Assembly (NCBI GenBank): GCA_014804485.1
Contig: JAAUZT010000034.1
Location: forward strand, 18,339 to 82,338
Origin: Lachnospiraceae bacterium
GTDB taxonomy: Bacteria; Bacillota; Clostridia; Lachnospirales; Lachnospiraceae
Length of the DNA stretch: 64,000 nucleotides
Direction: 5' to 3'
Below the pieces are notes generated by a model that was not told the DNA's origin, did not search any database, and saw only the letters and a program-made list of their open reading frames with translations. Below are positions 38,789-50,119 of this stretch, piece by piece. Numbering within the stretch: the first letter of the stretch is position 1; each line of letters opens with the position of its first letter. Both the position numbers and the translations under genes were made by a program.

Positions 38789-39910
38789 ATGTTTTTGGCG
38801 GAAAAGGTGTGCGATATTAACAAAAGATTGAAAGCTCTGAAAAGTGTTTCTAATATTGTGATATGGGGCGCGGGGGTGCATACTTGTAAACTTTTTGAAT
38901 ACACAGATATGCTTGCTTATGATGTGCAAGGTATTGTAGATATGGATGAACAGAAACAGGGCAATTCTTGTTTCACATTTACAGTACAGAGTCCGGAGAA
39001 AGTTGTCTGGGATTATGTAGGAGCCGTGGTTATCTCTGTTTCTGGTCATAAGACACAGATCATGGATACACTGATAAAACGGTTTAAATTTATGGGGCGT
39101 ATCATTACGTTGTATGAGCATAACGAATGCACCCCATTTTATATGTTATATGATGAGAAGACTCCGGCAGTACGTTATTTTGGCGATTATGATAGCTGGG
39201 ATGAAGCTTATCATGATTGTAAAGGATACGAGGATGCAGAAATTCTAAGCACAGTGAGTAATGCTGTGGATAAAGTAATAAAAGGAGAGGCGGCATGGGA
39301 GAGGGATGGCTATTTGTTTTATAAACAAAAATATGTATATCGTATTTGTGCCACAATATTAAAATGTGCGGTACAGAATCAGAATAAAAGTGTGCGCATA
39401 TTGGATATTGGAGGGGGATTAGGAAGTACATATTTACAGAACAGAGGATATTTATCGGATATAAGAAACTTAGAATATATAGTTGCGGAACAGGCTCATT
39501 TTGCAGATTATGGACATCGGAATATGCAGGATGAAACATTAAAATTTATAAAATCTACCGATGATTGGGAGAAACAGGGGAAGTTTGATATCATATTGCT
39601 ATCTGCCAGTTTGCAGTATATTGCGCAATATAAAGAAATCATTGCAAGAATAATTGCGGCGCAGCCGCATTATATTATTTTGGATAGGATTATGGTTGGC
39701 AACAGAATGCGCATATGCAAGGAAACAGTACCGGAATACATATATGAGAGCAGCTATCCGATACGAATTTTTACGGAGGAACAGGTTGAGAAATTTTTTG
39801 AACCGGATTATAGAATGATTGAACGTGATACTTCGAGTGTTCCTGAAAATGCCTATTTTACAGATGGAAGGGCGGATTCCAGATATTATGTTTATGAATT
39901 TCAGAAATGA
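38789..39910 (+). CDS. Methyltransferase (TIGR04325-like) with N-terminal Rossmann module
   Basis: GDYDSW..A..GY, ERDG, LDIGGGLG, SLQY, SYP. Confidence 0.78.
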   Translation: MFLAEKVCDINKRLKALKSVSNIVIWGAGVHTCKLFEYTDMLAYDVQGIVDMDEQKQGNSCFTFTVQSPEKVVWDYVGAVVISVSGHKTQIMDTLIKRFKFMGRIITLYEHNECTPFYMLYDEKTPAVRYFGDYDSWDEAYHDCKGYEDAEILSTVSNAVDKVIKGEAAWERDGYLFYKQKYVYRICATILKCAVQNQNKSVRILDIGGGLGSTYLQNRGYLSDIRNLEYIVAEQAHFADYGHRNMQDETLKFIKSTDDWEKQGKFDIILLSASLQYIAQYKEIIARIIAAQPHYIILDRIMVGNRMRICKETVPEYIYESSYPIRIFTEEQVEKFFEPDYRMIERDTSSVPENAYFTDGRADSRYYVYEFQK

Positions 39911-39931
39911 TGATGAGCGGAGACCGAAAAT

Positions 39932-40414
39932 ATGAAGATGAAAAACAGCTATAGGATATTGGAATGTCTTTTATTGGGTATGGGCGTTATACTTTTTGGA
40001 ATAAGGAAGCTGGATCAGAAGTGCATTGACTCATGGAAAACGGCAGCAGCTAGAAATCAGGCGCTGTATGTACTGATGAATCGGTGGACATATATTAAAC
40101 AGGAGGGGAAAAAATTACAGACCTATTTCTTAAAAAGAAATATTAGAAAGATTGCTGTATATGGAATGGGAGATGTAGGGAGGCGTCTGATAAAAGAGTT
40201 ACAACATTCTGAAGTAGAAATCATGTATGGTATTGACAGAAATGCTAAAGATATTTGTTCTTCAATTAATTTAGTAACGATGGATGACGATTTGCCCGAT
40301 GTAGATGCAATAGTTGTTACTTTATTGAACGGATATGACGAAGTGGCGGGTGCATTATCAGAGAGAATTCATTGTCCGGTTATAGCGATTGAAGATGTTT
40401 TAAATGAAGTATGA
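39932..40414 (+). CDS. Small Rossmann-module protein with hydrophobic N-terminus (paralogue family)
   Basis: MNRW..KQEGK, IAVYGMGDVG, YGIDRNA, DAIVVT. Confidence 0.7.
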   Translation: MKMKNSYRILECLLLGMGVILFGIRKLDQKCIDSWKTAAARNQALYVLMNRWTYIKQEGKKLQTYFLKRNIRKIAVYGMGDVGRRLIKELQHSEVEIMYGIDRNAKDICSSINLVTMDDDLPDVDAIVVTLLNGYDEVAGALSERIHCPVIAIEDVLNEV

Positions 40415-40482
40415 TTTTCATGGATGGAGTATTTAATATTTAAGGTAGCAAAGAAGGTTCCATTTTTCAAAGGAGAAGGAAA

Positions 40483-41574
40483 ATGCAAATCATGTCTGGC
40501 CGCATAGATCGGGAATTCTTTAAACATCAAAGAGAATATGAAGAGGCAGCATTGCGGGTGCTACGGTCAGGCTGGTATGTACTTGGAGAAAACGTCAGAA
40601 AATTTGAAGAGGAGTTTGCACGATATTTAGACATAAAGTATTGTACTGGGGTTGCCAGCGGATTAGATGCTTTATGGATAGCCTTTCGGGCTTTGGGAGT
40701 AAAGGAGAATGATGAGGTTATTGTGCAAGGCAATACTTATATTGCCAGCGTTATGGGAATATCAATAAACGGAGCAACGCCAGTATTTGTAGAGCCGGAT
40801 GAATACTATAATATTGATATAAGGAAAATAGAAGAGAAGATAACTAAAAGAACCAAAGCTATTTTAGTAGTTCATTTATATGGTCAAGCGGCGGACATGA
40901 CTTCTGTAACGGAGATAGCAAAGAAGTATGGATTATATGTGGTCGAAGATTGTGCACAAGCGCATGGTGCGTGTTGGAATGGAAAGAAGGTCGGAACATT
41001 TGGGGATATAGGATGTTTTTCTTTTTACCCATCTAAAAATCTTGGTGCATATGGCGATGGAGGTGCAATTGTAACAAATCATAAAGAGATTAAAGATTTT
41101 GTACAAATGTTCCGGAATTACGGCAGTGAAAAACGTTATTATAATAAGGTTGTAGGTGCAAACTCGCGATTAGATGAAATTCAAGCAGCGTTGCTGAGAG
41201 TCAAATTAAAGTATATAGGAGAAATCACAGAGGAAAAATGTAGGATCGCAGATAAATATTTAAACGAACTTAGCAACAAAGAGGTAATTTTGCCGGCACA
41301 ACGGTCTAATGGCAATTCTGTATGGCACCAATTTGTTGTAAGATGTAATAGGCGAGAGGACTTGATAGAGCATTTAGCAAGTCATAATATAGGAACTATT
41401 ATACATTACCCTGTTCCACCGCATCTTTCTGAGGCATATCAGTATTTGAAAGTGGGTAGGGGGACATTGCCTATTACAGAGGAGTATGCGGATTCAGTAC
41501 TATCGATTCCGAGTTATTTTGGGATGTCAAAACAGGAACAGGAATATGTAATTGAATGCATAAATGCATTTTAG
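40483..41574 (+). CDS. fdtB: DegT/DnrJ-family sugar aminotransferase (FdtB/QdtB-like)
   Basis: [44 protein letters not shown]. Confidence 0.85.
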   Translation: MQIMSGRIDREFFKHQREYEEAALRVLRSGWYVLGENVRKFEEEFARYLDIKYCTGVASGLDALWIAFRALGVKENDEVIVQGNTYIASVMGISINGATPVFVEPDEYYNIDIRKIEEKITKRTKAILVVHLYGQAADMTSVTEIAKKYGLYVVEDCAQAHGACWNGKKVGTFGDIGCFSFYPSKNLGAYGDGGAIVTNHKEIKDFVQMFRNYGSEKRYYNKVVGANSRLDEIQAALLRVKLKYIGEITEEKCRIADKYLNELSNKEVILPAQRSNGNSVWHQFVVRCNRREDLIEHLASHNIGTIIHYPVPPHLSEAYQYLKVGRGTLPITEEYADSVLSIPSYFGMSKQEQEYVIECINAF

Positions 41575-41597
41575 TGACTTATGAAAGGAAGAAAATA

Positions 41598-42023
41598 TTG
41601 AAAACAGCATTAGATCATATGTATAGTATTCTCAACTTTGAGGATAAGGGAGACGAGAGGGGATGTTTGATCGTGGCAGAAGGAGACGGAATGGATATTC
41701 CGTTCACCATAAAAAGGGTATTCTACATGTATGGCTCAGATACCGGGGTAATAAGAGGACAGCATGCAAATAGGAAAACAGAATTTGTTTTAATTAATGT
41801 TTGTGGGACAAGCAAGGTGAAAATGAGTAATGGCAGTGAGGAAAGGATTATTGTTTTAGATAAGCCTCGTATGGGACTATATTTAAAGAAGATGCTCTGG
41901 AAAGAAATGTATGATTTTTCTGAAGATTCTATACTGCTTGTCTTAGCGAGCGAGCATTATGATGCAAATGAATATATTAGAGAATATAGCACGTATTTAT
42001 CATGCATAAATGATTTGTCTTAA
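41598..42023 (+). CDS. fdtA: dTDP-4-keto-6-deoxyhexose 3,4-isomerase (FdtA/QdtA cupin)
   Basis: DERG, IPF.IKRVFY, RGQHA, LLVLAS..YD..EYIR; start uncertain. Confidence 0.82.
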   Translation: MKTALDHMYSILNFEDKGDERGCLIVAEGDGMDIPFTIKRVFYMYGSDTGVIRGQHANRKTEFVLINVCGTSKVKMSNGSEERIIVLDKPRMGLYLKKMLWKEMYDFSEDSILLVLASEHYDANEYIREYSTYLSCINDLS

Positions 42024-42085
42024 TAAATGGTAAAGTATTCATCAAGTTTGCGGCGTAAAAATAAAGATTTCTTGAAGAAAAGGGT

Positions 42086-43144
42086 ATGTGTTGCATGAAA
42101 AAAATTTTAATTTGGGGAACCGGGACCATAGCAAAACGTGTATTAGCGAATGGTTTGGGTGGAGAATTGATTGGCTTTATAGAAACAGAAAAACGAAATA
42201 ATACATTTATGGGACTGCCGGTATATGAGGCAACGGAAATCCCCGATTTCGTTGATATTATTATTGTAGCCAATGCATGTTCGGACGAAATATATCAGGT
42301 ATGCATTCGAACAGGGATTGATTTGAATATAGTAGTTTTTATGGTAAGGGGCTGTCTGACTACAGTTAATAATAAAATAGAAGATTTAGATAGTGTTTTA
42401 GGAGAACGAAATTATATAGATTATCAAATTCAATACGGAATTAAAACAAATACGTTTGTAGATGCAGATGCTAAAATATATAAGGCATTAAATCAGCGCA
42501 AGAATTTTGATATTCAAGATGAATATATGTGGCCGATCATAAGTGACAAGCATGCCCTGAATGGTGCAATGGGGAATTATTTTTGGCAGGATTTATGGGC
42601 GGCAAAGAAGGTAATTAATTCCGGAGTTCGGGAACATTATGATATAGGAAGCCGTGTAGATGGATTTATTTCGCATTGTTTGGCAGCTGGTATTAAAGTA
42701 AATGTAATTGATATCAGGCCGTTTTCTGCGCAGGTGGATAATCTTTTAACAATTATAGATGATGCGACGACGTTAAGCCAATTTGCGGATAACAGTATAT
42801 TAAGCATGTCAGCCCTATGTTCTCTTGAACATTTTGGGCTTGGCAGATATGGAGATCCCATTGATCCGGAGGCGTGTTTCAAATGTTTTGATAATATACA
42901 AAAGAAATTGAAAAAAGACGGTAGATTATATCTTTCGCTCCCTATTGGGAAAGAAAGAGTGGAATTTAATGCACATCGAATTTTTTATGCCAGTACGGTA
43001 TTGGAATGTTTTAGGACTTTAAAATTACAAGAGTTTTCATGTGCATTTGAAGGCAGAATTGAATACAATGTGGAGATTCATAAGTATGATAATGATTTAC
43101 ATAATGGCGAATACCGGTATGGATTATTTTATTTTATGAAATAA
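42086..43144 (+). CDS. DUF268-like methyltransferase-fold protein
   Basis: YFWQDLWAA, DIGSRVDGF, SLEHFGLGRYGDPIDP, FNAHR. Confidence 0.8.
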   Translation: MCCMKKILIWGTGTIAKRVLANGLGGELIGFIETEKRNNTFMGLPVYEATEIPDFVDIIIVANACSDEIYQVCIRTGIDLNIVVFMVRGCLTTVNNKIEDLDSVLGERNYIDYQIQYGIKTNTFVDADAKIYKALNQRKNFDIQDEYMWPIISDKHALNGAMGNYFWQDLWAAKKVINSGVREHYDIGSRVDGFISHCLAAGIKVNVIDIRPFSAQVDNLLTIIDDATTLSQFADNSILSMSALCSLEHFGLGRYGDPIDPEACFKCFDNIQKKLKKDGRLYLSLPIGKERVEFNAHRIFYASTVLECFRTLKLQEFSCAFEGRIEYNVEIHKYDNDLHNGEYRYGLFYFMK

Positions 43145-43165
43145 CGTGATGTTAGGGGAAATGAT

Positions 43166-44299
43166 ATGAAACAAGAACAAAATGTTTTTTTTAGCATTAT
43201 AACGGTATGTTTAAACGCTGAGAAAATGATTCGTAAAACGATGGAGTCAGTATTAAACCAAACGTGGCAGAATTTTGAGTATATTATTATTGACGGATTG
43301 TCCACAGATGCGACACTTGCCATAGTACAGGAATTAGCTGAAAATGATAAACGTATACAGTGGATTTCAGAATTGGATAGTGGCATATTTAATGCTATGA
43401 ACAAAGGAATTCATCGTGCAAGAGGAAGTTATCTTTTGTTTTTGAATGCTGGTGACGAATTCCATAGCAAAGATGTGCTGGAGAAGGCTGCAAAAGTGGT
43501 GGAGGGAGCCGATATTGTGATCGGTGATATAGCATGTAAGACAGAAGCAGGTCTGGAAGAAGTTACTTATCCGGTAGATGCGGAATTGCTTGAAAATTTA
43601 AGAAAAGGAAAGAGTGTATGCCATCAGACAATCTTTGCTTCAAAACGGTGCCTGGAAGATGGCTTTGATGAGAATTTTATGTTTTGCGCAGATTACGACT
43701 GGCTTTGCCGACAGGTAAATGCCGGGCGAAAAGTTGTAAAATTAAATGCCGTAGTTGTTGATTTCGACATGCACGGGGTTACTTTTCAGGTACGATATCA
43801 AAAAAGGCATTGGAAAGAATATTTTGAAGTTATAGGTAAGAACTTTTCCCGGCTTGAATTTAAATATGGTGAGGAAGTAAAGAATCTTTTTATTCAGCAG
43901 AGGAAGGAACATATTATGTATGAGTTCATGAATCGATGGCTTGAACTAAAACAGAGAGGCGTTGAACTTAGTACTTTTTTTTCTCGGCAGAGAATACAGA
44001 CGATTGCTATTTATGGTATTCATCATGTGGGGGAGCGCTTGTATGATGAATTAAAGGAAAGTGAAGTAAAAGTTGCGTATTTCATTGACAGGAATCCCAA
44101 AATGCTGGAGATTCCGGTTTTGCGTCCGGATGAAATACTGGATCAGGTTGATGCAGTCGTGATCACACCAATTTTTGATTTTCTGGAGATTAAGGATAGC
44201 TTATCCGCAAAACTTGATTGTCCGATGTTTTTTATAGAGGACGTGCTGTTTTATGAATATGAAGCTATGGAGAAAGATGATCTATTAGACTTTGTATAA
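43166..44299 (+). CDS. Glycosyltransferase family 2 with C-terminal small-paralogue domain
   Basis: SIITVC, IDGLSTD, DSGIFNAMNKG, FLNAGD; tail MNRW..IAIYG..FIDRN. Confidence 0.88.
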   Translation: MKQEQNVFFSIITVCLNAEKMIRKTMESVLNQTWQNFEYIIIDGLSTDATLAIVQELAENDKRIQWISELDSGIFNAMNKGIHRARGSYLLFLNAGDEFHSKDVLEKAAKVVEGADIVIGDIACKTEAGLEEVTYPVDAELLENLRKGKSVCHQTIFASKRCLEDGFDENFMFCADYDWLCRQVNAGRKVVKLNAVVVDFDMHGVTFQVRYQKRHWKEYFEVIGKNFSRLEFKYGEEVKNLFIQQRKEHIMYEFMNRWLELKQRGVELSTFFSRQRIQTIAIYGIHHVGERLYDELKESEVKVAYFIDRNPKMLEIPVLRPDEILDQVDAVVITPIFDFLEIKDSLSAKLDCPMFFIEDVLFYEYEAMEKDDLLDFV

Positions 44300-44321
44300 T
44301 AGTCTGGAAATTGAGGGATAT

Positions 44322-44699
44322 ATGAGTAATATGGAAGAAAGATATTTAAACATGATGCATCAATGGCTGATATTAAGACAAGAAGGGAAGAGTATTGACA
44401 GATATTTAAAAAGGCAAGGCTACAATTCGGTTGCAGTTTATGGGATGGCGATATATGGTCGCCATGTAATAAGAGAACTGAAAGAATCAGATATTAAAAT
44501 TATATATGGCATTGACAGGAGAAAGGTAGATGCATATATGAATATCCAGGTGCTGCAGCCAACAGAAAAGCTGCCCCATGTGGATGCTTTTATTAACACG
44601 GTACTGAATGATCACGCTGGTATTAAAGACTGTCTGGCGAAGATAGCAGACAGCCCGGTTATCAGTCTTGAGGACATAATATTTGAAAGTTATAACTAA
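44322..44699 (+). CDS. Small Rossmann-module protein (paralogue family)
   Basis: MHQW..RQEGK, VAVYGM..YG, YGIDR, VISLED. Confidence 0.7.
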   Translation: MSNMEERYLNMMHQWLILRQEGKSIDRYLKRQGYNSVAVYGMAIYGRHVIRELKESDIKIIYGIDRRKVDAYMNIQVLQPTEKLPHVDAFINTVLNDHAGIKDCLAKIADSPVISLEDIIFESYN

Positions 44700-44712
44700 G
44701 GAGGTATAAATT

Positions 44713-45666
44713 TTGGCGATCAAAGAAAAATGTATTATATGGGGAACCGGTAATGGCTATGAAGAAATATTAAATCAGATTAATTTTGAAATATATAAGG
44801 GTAACATTGAGATAGTTGCCGCTGTTTGTGGTAAAGATGATAAATATTGCGAATATAGGGACGGCTTTCCGATTGTTGTGAAGGAAGAACTGAAAAAATT
44901 GGAGTTCGAGTATGTGATAATTTCGAGTTATGTTTTTTATGAGCAAATAAAATCAGAAGCTATTGCACTGGAAATTGAAGCAGATAAAATAATTAATGGG
45001 CAGATTTTTAAAAGACCGTTATTTGATTTTGCATTATACTCACGGTTAATAAAAAATCCGGTGACAATATTATCGGATGACTGCTGGGGAGGATATGTAT
45101 ATAATTATTTAGGACTGAAATTTTCAAGTCCTTTAATTAATATACTGTGGGATCGAGGAGAATTTGCTAACTTTATTCAAGAGCCATTGTATTACTTGCA
45201 GACGGAGCTGACAATGGTGAGAGAAGGCGACTTAAGGGCAGGAATATTCCCAATTGGAAAACTGGGAGCGGGAGGAAAATATGTTCAACTTTTTTTCATA
45301 CATAATGCTGATTTTAATGAAGCAAAGCAGCAGTGGGATAGGCGCAAGGGAAGAGTAAATGCAAATAATCTTTTTGTAAAAATGAATCTTAGCAGATCTG
45401 ATACCAACAAAGAGTCTTATATAGATATATTTAATAATTGTAAAAGTAAAAAAATTTTATTTTATAATGGAAATGAAAATATAGAAGGAAAGTTTAGTAC
45501 CGAAAGATTTGTTTGGCAAGAGAAAAAACGAGGGATAGGTAATTGGGAGTATTTCAATTATATGAGGGACGATTCTAGAAATGCGATAGATATTTTAAAA
45601 TTGCTAACTGGTGAAAAGAATTATTCAAGAGAAATGAAAACAGAAGTGGCTATTGAAAACAAATGA
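44713..45666 (+). CDS. DUF1919-family exopolysaccharide protein
   Basis: TILSDDCWGG..Y..F.SPLIN, FIH, WDRRK.R. Confidence 0.75.
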   Translation: MAIKEKCIIWGTGNGYEEILNQINFEIYKGNIEIVAAVCGKDDKYCEYRDGFPIVVKEELKKLEFEYVIISSYVFYEQIKSEAIALEIEADKIINGQIFKRPLFDFALYSRLIKNPVTILSDDCWGGYVYNYLGLKFSSPLINILWDRGEFANFIQEPLYYLQTELTMVREGDLRAGIFPIGKLGAGGKYVQLFFIHNADFNEAKQQWDRRKGRVNANNLFVKMNLSRSDTNKESYIDIFNNCKSKKILFYNGNENIEGKFSTERFVWQEKKRGIGNWEYFNYMRDDSRNAIDILKLLTGEKNYSREMKTEVAIENK

Positions 45667-45709
45667 ATATGGCAAAATCTTGTAATAATGACAGGGAGAC
45701 AGACAGAAC

Positions 45710-46198
45710 ATGAAAAGAGGATTGATCGGAGTACTTTCGGCTGTTGCTGGAATGGCGGCAGGCGCTGTTGCGGGAAGCGTGACAGCAGGAACAGCATCAT
45801 CAAAAAAAATTGAGGAAATGGCAGAGGGGCAGAGAAAGGTTCATGAGCTTTATATGGCATTTGACCAGTGGCTTCGTATACGACAGGAAGGTAAGACGCT
45901 GGTAGAATACTTTGTGAAGAATGGATATAAGACAGTAGCAATTTATGGTATGAAAGAGCTGGGAGAGCGCCTGCATGATGAATTGCAAGGATCTGATATC
46001 ACGGTAAAATATGCCATTGATAAGAATGCAGATTCCATTTATGCAGATGTGGATGTATTGATGCCTGATGAAAAAATGGATCTGGTGGATGTCATTGTGG
46101 TAACAGCGCTCTATTACTTTGACGAGATTGAAGAGATGCTGAGTGATAAGGTGGATTGTCCGATTATTTCTCTGGAAGAAATTTTATATGAAGTTTGA
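45710..46198 (+). CDS. Small Rossmann-module protein with Gly/Ala-rich N-terminal helix (paralogue family)
   Basis: DQW..RQEGK, VAIYGM..LGERL, YAIDKNA, ISLEEILYEV. Confidence 0.7.
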   Translation: MKRGLIGVLSAVAGMAAGAVAGSVTAGTASSKKIEEMAEGQRKVHELYMAFDQWLRIRQEGKTLVEYFVKNGYKTVAIYGMKELGERLHDELQGSDITVKYAIDKNADSIYADVDVLMPDEKMDLVDVIVVTALYYFDEIEEMLSDKVDCPIISLEEILYEV

Positions 46199-46265
46199 AG
46201 GTGATTCGTGTTCTTAAATCGGGTATTGGTGCGTAAAGCAGACAAATTATGATCAAGGAGGATAC

Positions 46266-47129
46266 ATGGATATATTAGATCAATTTGTTCATAGAGATTT
46301 TATAGAGCAAGAGTTGGGGTTTAGTGAAGTTTATAAATATCTTGATTTGTATTTGGATTTTGACTGGGAACCTGTTCAGAAAACGGATATAAAAAGAAAT
46401 AAAAGTGTAAAATTAAACCGTACGATCTGGATATTCTGGAAGCAGGGCATGGAAAATGCGCCTCTATTAGTGCAGAAATGTTATGAGTCTGTATGTAGAA
46501 ATAAGCCACAGGATTTTGAAATAATATTATTAACAGACAGCAATCTTAATAAGTATATAGATTTGCCGGATTATATACAAGATAAATTTGAAAAGGGATA
46601 TATGGAGATTGCTCATTTGTCAGATGTTATCAGATTGGAGCTACTGCATACATACGGCGGCTGCTGGATTGATGCAACTGTCTTTTGTAGCGGGAAGATA
46701 CCGGAATATATGCTGAAGGGAGATATGTTTGTATTTAAACTGGCTTCCGTATTAACAGATCCCGTGTTGAAACTGTCCAATTGGTGGATCTCTGCTGACC
46801 AAACAAACAGATTGATAGACCTGACAAGACAGGCGCTCTATAAATACTGGCAATCAGAAGTAAGTGTACGCAATTATTTTTTATTTCACATTATAATGTC
46901 CAAATTGATAGATGAGAATTGGGAATGCAAAGATATTTTTCAAAGGATTCCCTATTTTAACAGCGGACATGCACATGTTCTGCAGGGGAAACTTGGCGCA
47001 GAGTATAGAGAGGAAGAATGGCAGACGATCAAAAGTACTGCCTGTGTCCATAAGCTGACATATAAAATAAGGTATTTACAGGGAGATATATATAATTATT
47101 ATATGGCGCTATTGGCAAATGATTTATAG
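46266..47129 (+). CDS. Capsular polysaccharide synthesis protein (Caps_synth, DXD glycosyltransferase)
   Basis: IWIFWKQG..AP, SDVIRL.LL..YGGCWIDAT, HKLTYK. Confidence 0.85.
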   Translation: MDILDQFVHRDFIEQELGFSEVYKYLDLYLDFDWEPVQKTDIKRNKSVKLNRTIWIFWKQGMENAPLLVQKCYESVCRNKPQDFEIILLTDSNLNKYIDLPDYIQDKFEKGYMEIAHLSDVIRLELLHTYGGCWIDATVFCSGKIPEYMLKGDMFVFKLASVLTDPVLKLSNWWISADQTNRLIDLTRQALYKYWQSEVSVRNYFLFHIIMSKLIDENWECKDIFQRIPYFNSGHAHVLQGKLGAEYREEEWQTIKSTACVHKLTYKIRYLQGDIYNYYMALLANDL

Positions 47130-47163
47130 GCGGTGGGGCACTTTTGAAAGGAAATAGTAAGGG

Positions 47164-48834
47164 ATGCAGGAAAAGATAGGAAATATAGTGATTGATGATA
47201 GTTTTTACAGTGGTGACGATTTGTATACGGATGGCAGTATAGAAGATCGAATTTTGGAAATATGTAAGAGCGGTAAGGAAAAAGAAGTACTGCATATGAG
47301 TAATGAATGGCCGATTTTATATCATTTGTCAGATATCAGAGAAAATCTTCTGGAATGGTATCCGTTTACAAAGCAGGATGATGTTTTGGAAATTGGTTCA
47401 GGATGCGGTGCGATGACAGGCTTGTTGAGCAAAAAGGCTGGTTCTGTTACTTGTGTGGAATTATCAAGAAAGAGGTCATTGATCAATGCATACAGAAATC
47501 GGGACTGTAATAATGTCACGATCTTGATTGGCAATTTTGAAGATATAAAATTACAATGTCGATATGATTATATTACTTTAATAGGTGTCTGGGAATATTC
47601 AGGATTGTATATCCAAGGGGCTAATCCTTATCTGGCAATGATAGAAAAGCTGAAAACATTTCTTAAGCCGCAGGGCAAAATTATTATTGCGATAGAGAAT
47701 AAAATGGGCTTGAAGTATTGGAACGGCGCACCGGAGGATCATACGTGCAGGCTGTACAGTGGACTCAATGATTATATTGGGGAAAAAAACGTCCGTACTT
47801 TTTCAAGGCAGGAGATTATGGCGCTGCTTAAGGAGGCAGGGTTTGAACAATTGAGTTTTTATTATCCTATGCCCGATTATAAACTGCCCGATACGATTTA
47901 TTCGGACGGAATGCTTCCGGAAACCGGTGAAGTACGATATTATAGAAGTGATTACAGTACCTATAGGATTTATAATTTTTATGATGCCACGACGTATGAT
48001 CAGATTTGCAAAGATAATATGTTTCCTTATTTTGCCAATTCTTTTCTAGTGGTCTGTGGAGGAAAACAACAGGAGTTATGTGAGTTTGCGAAGTACTGTC
48101 GGGAGCGTAGAAATCAATTTAGGATTTCTACTGAAATAAGAAACGTTGCGGGTAAAAAATATGTGGTAAAAAAAGCATTGTGTAAAGAAGCAATTAAACA
48201 TGTCTTAGAGATGAAACGCATGGAAACTAAGTGGAATGGTATACTTTCGAATGTTTTGTGTCTTGAGGGCAGGCTGGAAGGTGATGAATATATTCTCCCT
48301 TATACAGAGGGAATAGATTTGGATGCATATTTTTACACATGGAGAAATGACAGTGAACAATTTATAAAACAGGTAGAGAAGGTTATAAAGGAGTATTTGA
48401 CTCCGAATGAACAAGACTTCATGGACTTTACTGTTACCAGGGAGTATGAAGAAATATTTGGGGATAACTATCCCCCAAAAGCAAAGAGCCTGAGAGTAAC
48501 AAATGTCGACTGTTTGTTTTCCAATTTGAGGAAGATGGCAGACGGGAGGATATGTAGCTTTGATTATGAATGGATTTTTGAATTTCCAGTTCCATATAAA
48601 TTTGTTTTATGGAGAGCGCTGACACAGTTGTATGGTAAGTATATGATATATCTTAAAACTCAAATTTCAAAGAACGAATTTTTAGCAAGATTTGAAATTG
48701 ATACAGAAAGTGCAGCAGTATTTGAAAAAATGAATCAAAAGTTTTCCTATTATGCACATGGGGAAAACGATAAGGAAAAATATTTGGTAAATTACAAGAA
48801 AGCTGCTTTTATGCAAGATATAAGATGGGTATAA
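47164..48834 (+). CDS. SAM-dependent methyltransferase with C-terminal kinase-like region
   Basis: VLEIGSGCGA, IGVWEY, AIEN..GLKY..EDH, FYYP.PDY, FDYEW. Confidence 0.8.
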   Translation: MQEKIGNIVIDDSFYSGDDLYTDGSIEDRILEICKSGKEKEVLHMSNEWPILYHLSDIRENLLEWYPFTKQDDVLEIGSGCGAMTGLLSKKAGSVTCVELSRKRSLINAYRNRDCNNVTILIGNFEDIKLQCRYDYITLIGVWEYSGLYIQGANPYLAMIEKLKTFLKPQGKIIIAIENKMGLKYWNGAPEDHTCRLYSGLNDYIGEKNVRTFSRQEIMALLKEAGFEQLSFYYPMPDYKLPDTIYSDGMLPETGEVRYYRSDYSTYRIYNFYDATTYDQICKDNMFPYFANSFLVVCGGKQQELCEFAKYCRERRNQFRISTEIRNVAGKKYVVKKALCKEAIKHVLEMKRMETKWNGILSNVLCLEGRLEGDEYILPYTEGIDLDAYFYTWRNDSEQFIKQVEKVIKEYLTPNEQDFMDFTVTREYEEIFGDNYPPKAKSLRVTNVDCLFSNLRKMADGRICSFDYEWIFEFPVPYKFVLWRALTQLYGKYMIYLKTQISKNEFLARFEIDTESAAVFEKMNQKFSYYAHGENDKEKYLVNYKKAAFMQDIRWV

Positions 48835-48865
48835 AGAAATATAAGCAGGCATGGAGAAGTGCAGA

Positions 48866-49978
48866 ATGAAAACTAAAATATTATCAATTTATTTGCCACA
48901 ATTTCATACAATTCCTGAGAATGATGAATGGTGGGGAAAGGGATTCACAGAATGGACAAATGTAAAAAGAGGATACCCTTATTATCCAGGACATTATCAG
49001 CCAAGGGAGCCATTAAATGATGACTACTATGATTTATCCGACTTGAAAATTCTGGAAAAACATGCAAGGTTGGCAAGAAAATCCGGTATTTTTGGATTTT
49101 GCTTTTATCATTATTATTTTCATGGAAAGAAACTGTTAGAAAAGCCAATCGAGAATTATAGAGACAAATCTAAAGTAAAATTTCCTTATTGTTTAATTTG
49201 GGCAAATCAATCATGGGCTCGGACGTGGTACAGGGCAGCGGCAGGAAACAAGGTTCTCATTCAGCAGACATATGGGGAGGAAAAAGACTGGAAAGAGCAT
49301 TTTAACTATTTGTTAGATTTTTTTAAAGATGAAAGATACATTAAAATTAATAATAAACCCGTATACATTATTTATATTCCGCAGGGAATCAACTGCAGAA
49401 AAAAAATGTTTGAAGTTTGGCAGAACATGGCTAGGGAGCATGGCTTTGCGGGGATATATTTAATTGCAATGAACACTTCATTTGGGCATGATGCACACGA
49501 AGAACTGTATGACGCTTTTATGGATTTTGAACCATTAAATACATTTAATAATGACAGATCGTGGAGAAAATATTTGCAAGATTGGAAAGGACAGCATATA
49601 GAGAATTTTAGGATTGGGAAGAGCGTATTTTATAATAAACTTTGGGCGAAAAATGTATACTCCTATTCCTATTTATGCAAAACGATTGAAAGAAAAGCGA
49701 AAGATAATAACCAAGCAACATTTTCCAGTATTTTTCCGGGGTGGGATAATACGCCCAGAAAGGATGAAGTAGGTGTTATCGTTGAAAAAAGTAACCCACA
49801 GAAATTCCAGAAGCATGTTTTGAGGATGCTAAGGATAAATGAAAAGAATAAAAAAGAATATATTTTTTTAAATGCATGGAATGAATGGTCGGAAGGCGCA
49901 TACGTGGAACCGGATAAAAAGTATGGATATCATTATTTACAAGCTTTGAGAAGTGCAGTTCATGGATTGGAAGAATAG
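48866..49978 (+). CDS. WbsX / GH99-like glycosyltransferase
   Basis: YLPQFH..ENDEWWGKGFTEW, WANQSW, GWDNTPR, NAWNEWSEG..EPD. Confidence 0.88.
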   Translation: MKTKILSIYLPQFHTIPENDEWWGKGFTEWTNVKRGYPYYPGHYQPREPLNDDYYDLSDLKILEKHARLARKSGIFGFCFYHYYFHGKKLLEKPIENYRDKSKVKFPYCLIWANQSWARTWYRAAAGNKVLIQQTYGEEKDWKEHFNYLLDFFKDERYIKINNKPVYIIYIPQGINCRKKMFEVWQNMAREHGFAGIYLIAMNTSFGHDAHEELYDAFMDFEPLNTFNNDRSWRKYLQDWKGQHIENFRIGKSVFYNKLWAKNVYSYSYLCKTIERKAKDNNQATFSSIFPGWDNTPRKDEVGVIVEKSNPQKFQKHVLRMLRINEKNKKEYIFLNAWNEWSEGAYVEPDKKYGYHYLQALRSAVHGLEE

Positions 49979-50119
49979 AAGCAACTGGTACTTTTATCAG
50001 AGCTATCGAAAGGGTATATGTGGTTTTCGTATGGCAGGGATAGTATTTTTGATGTTTTGACATTGAGGAGAGGATTGATCCTGGCAAGAAAGTAAAAAGA
50101 AGAAAAGGAAGACTTAACC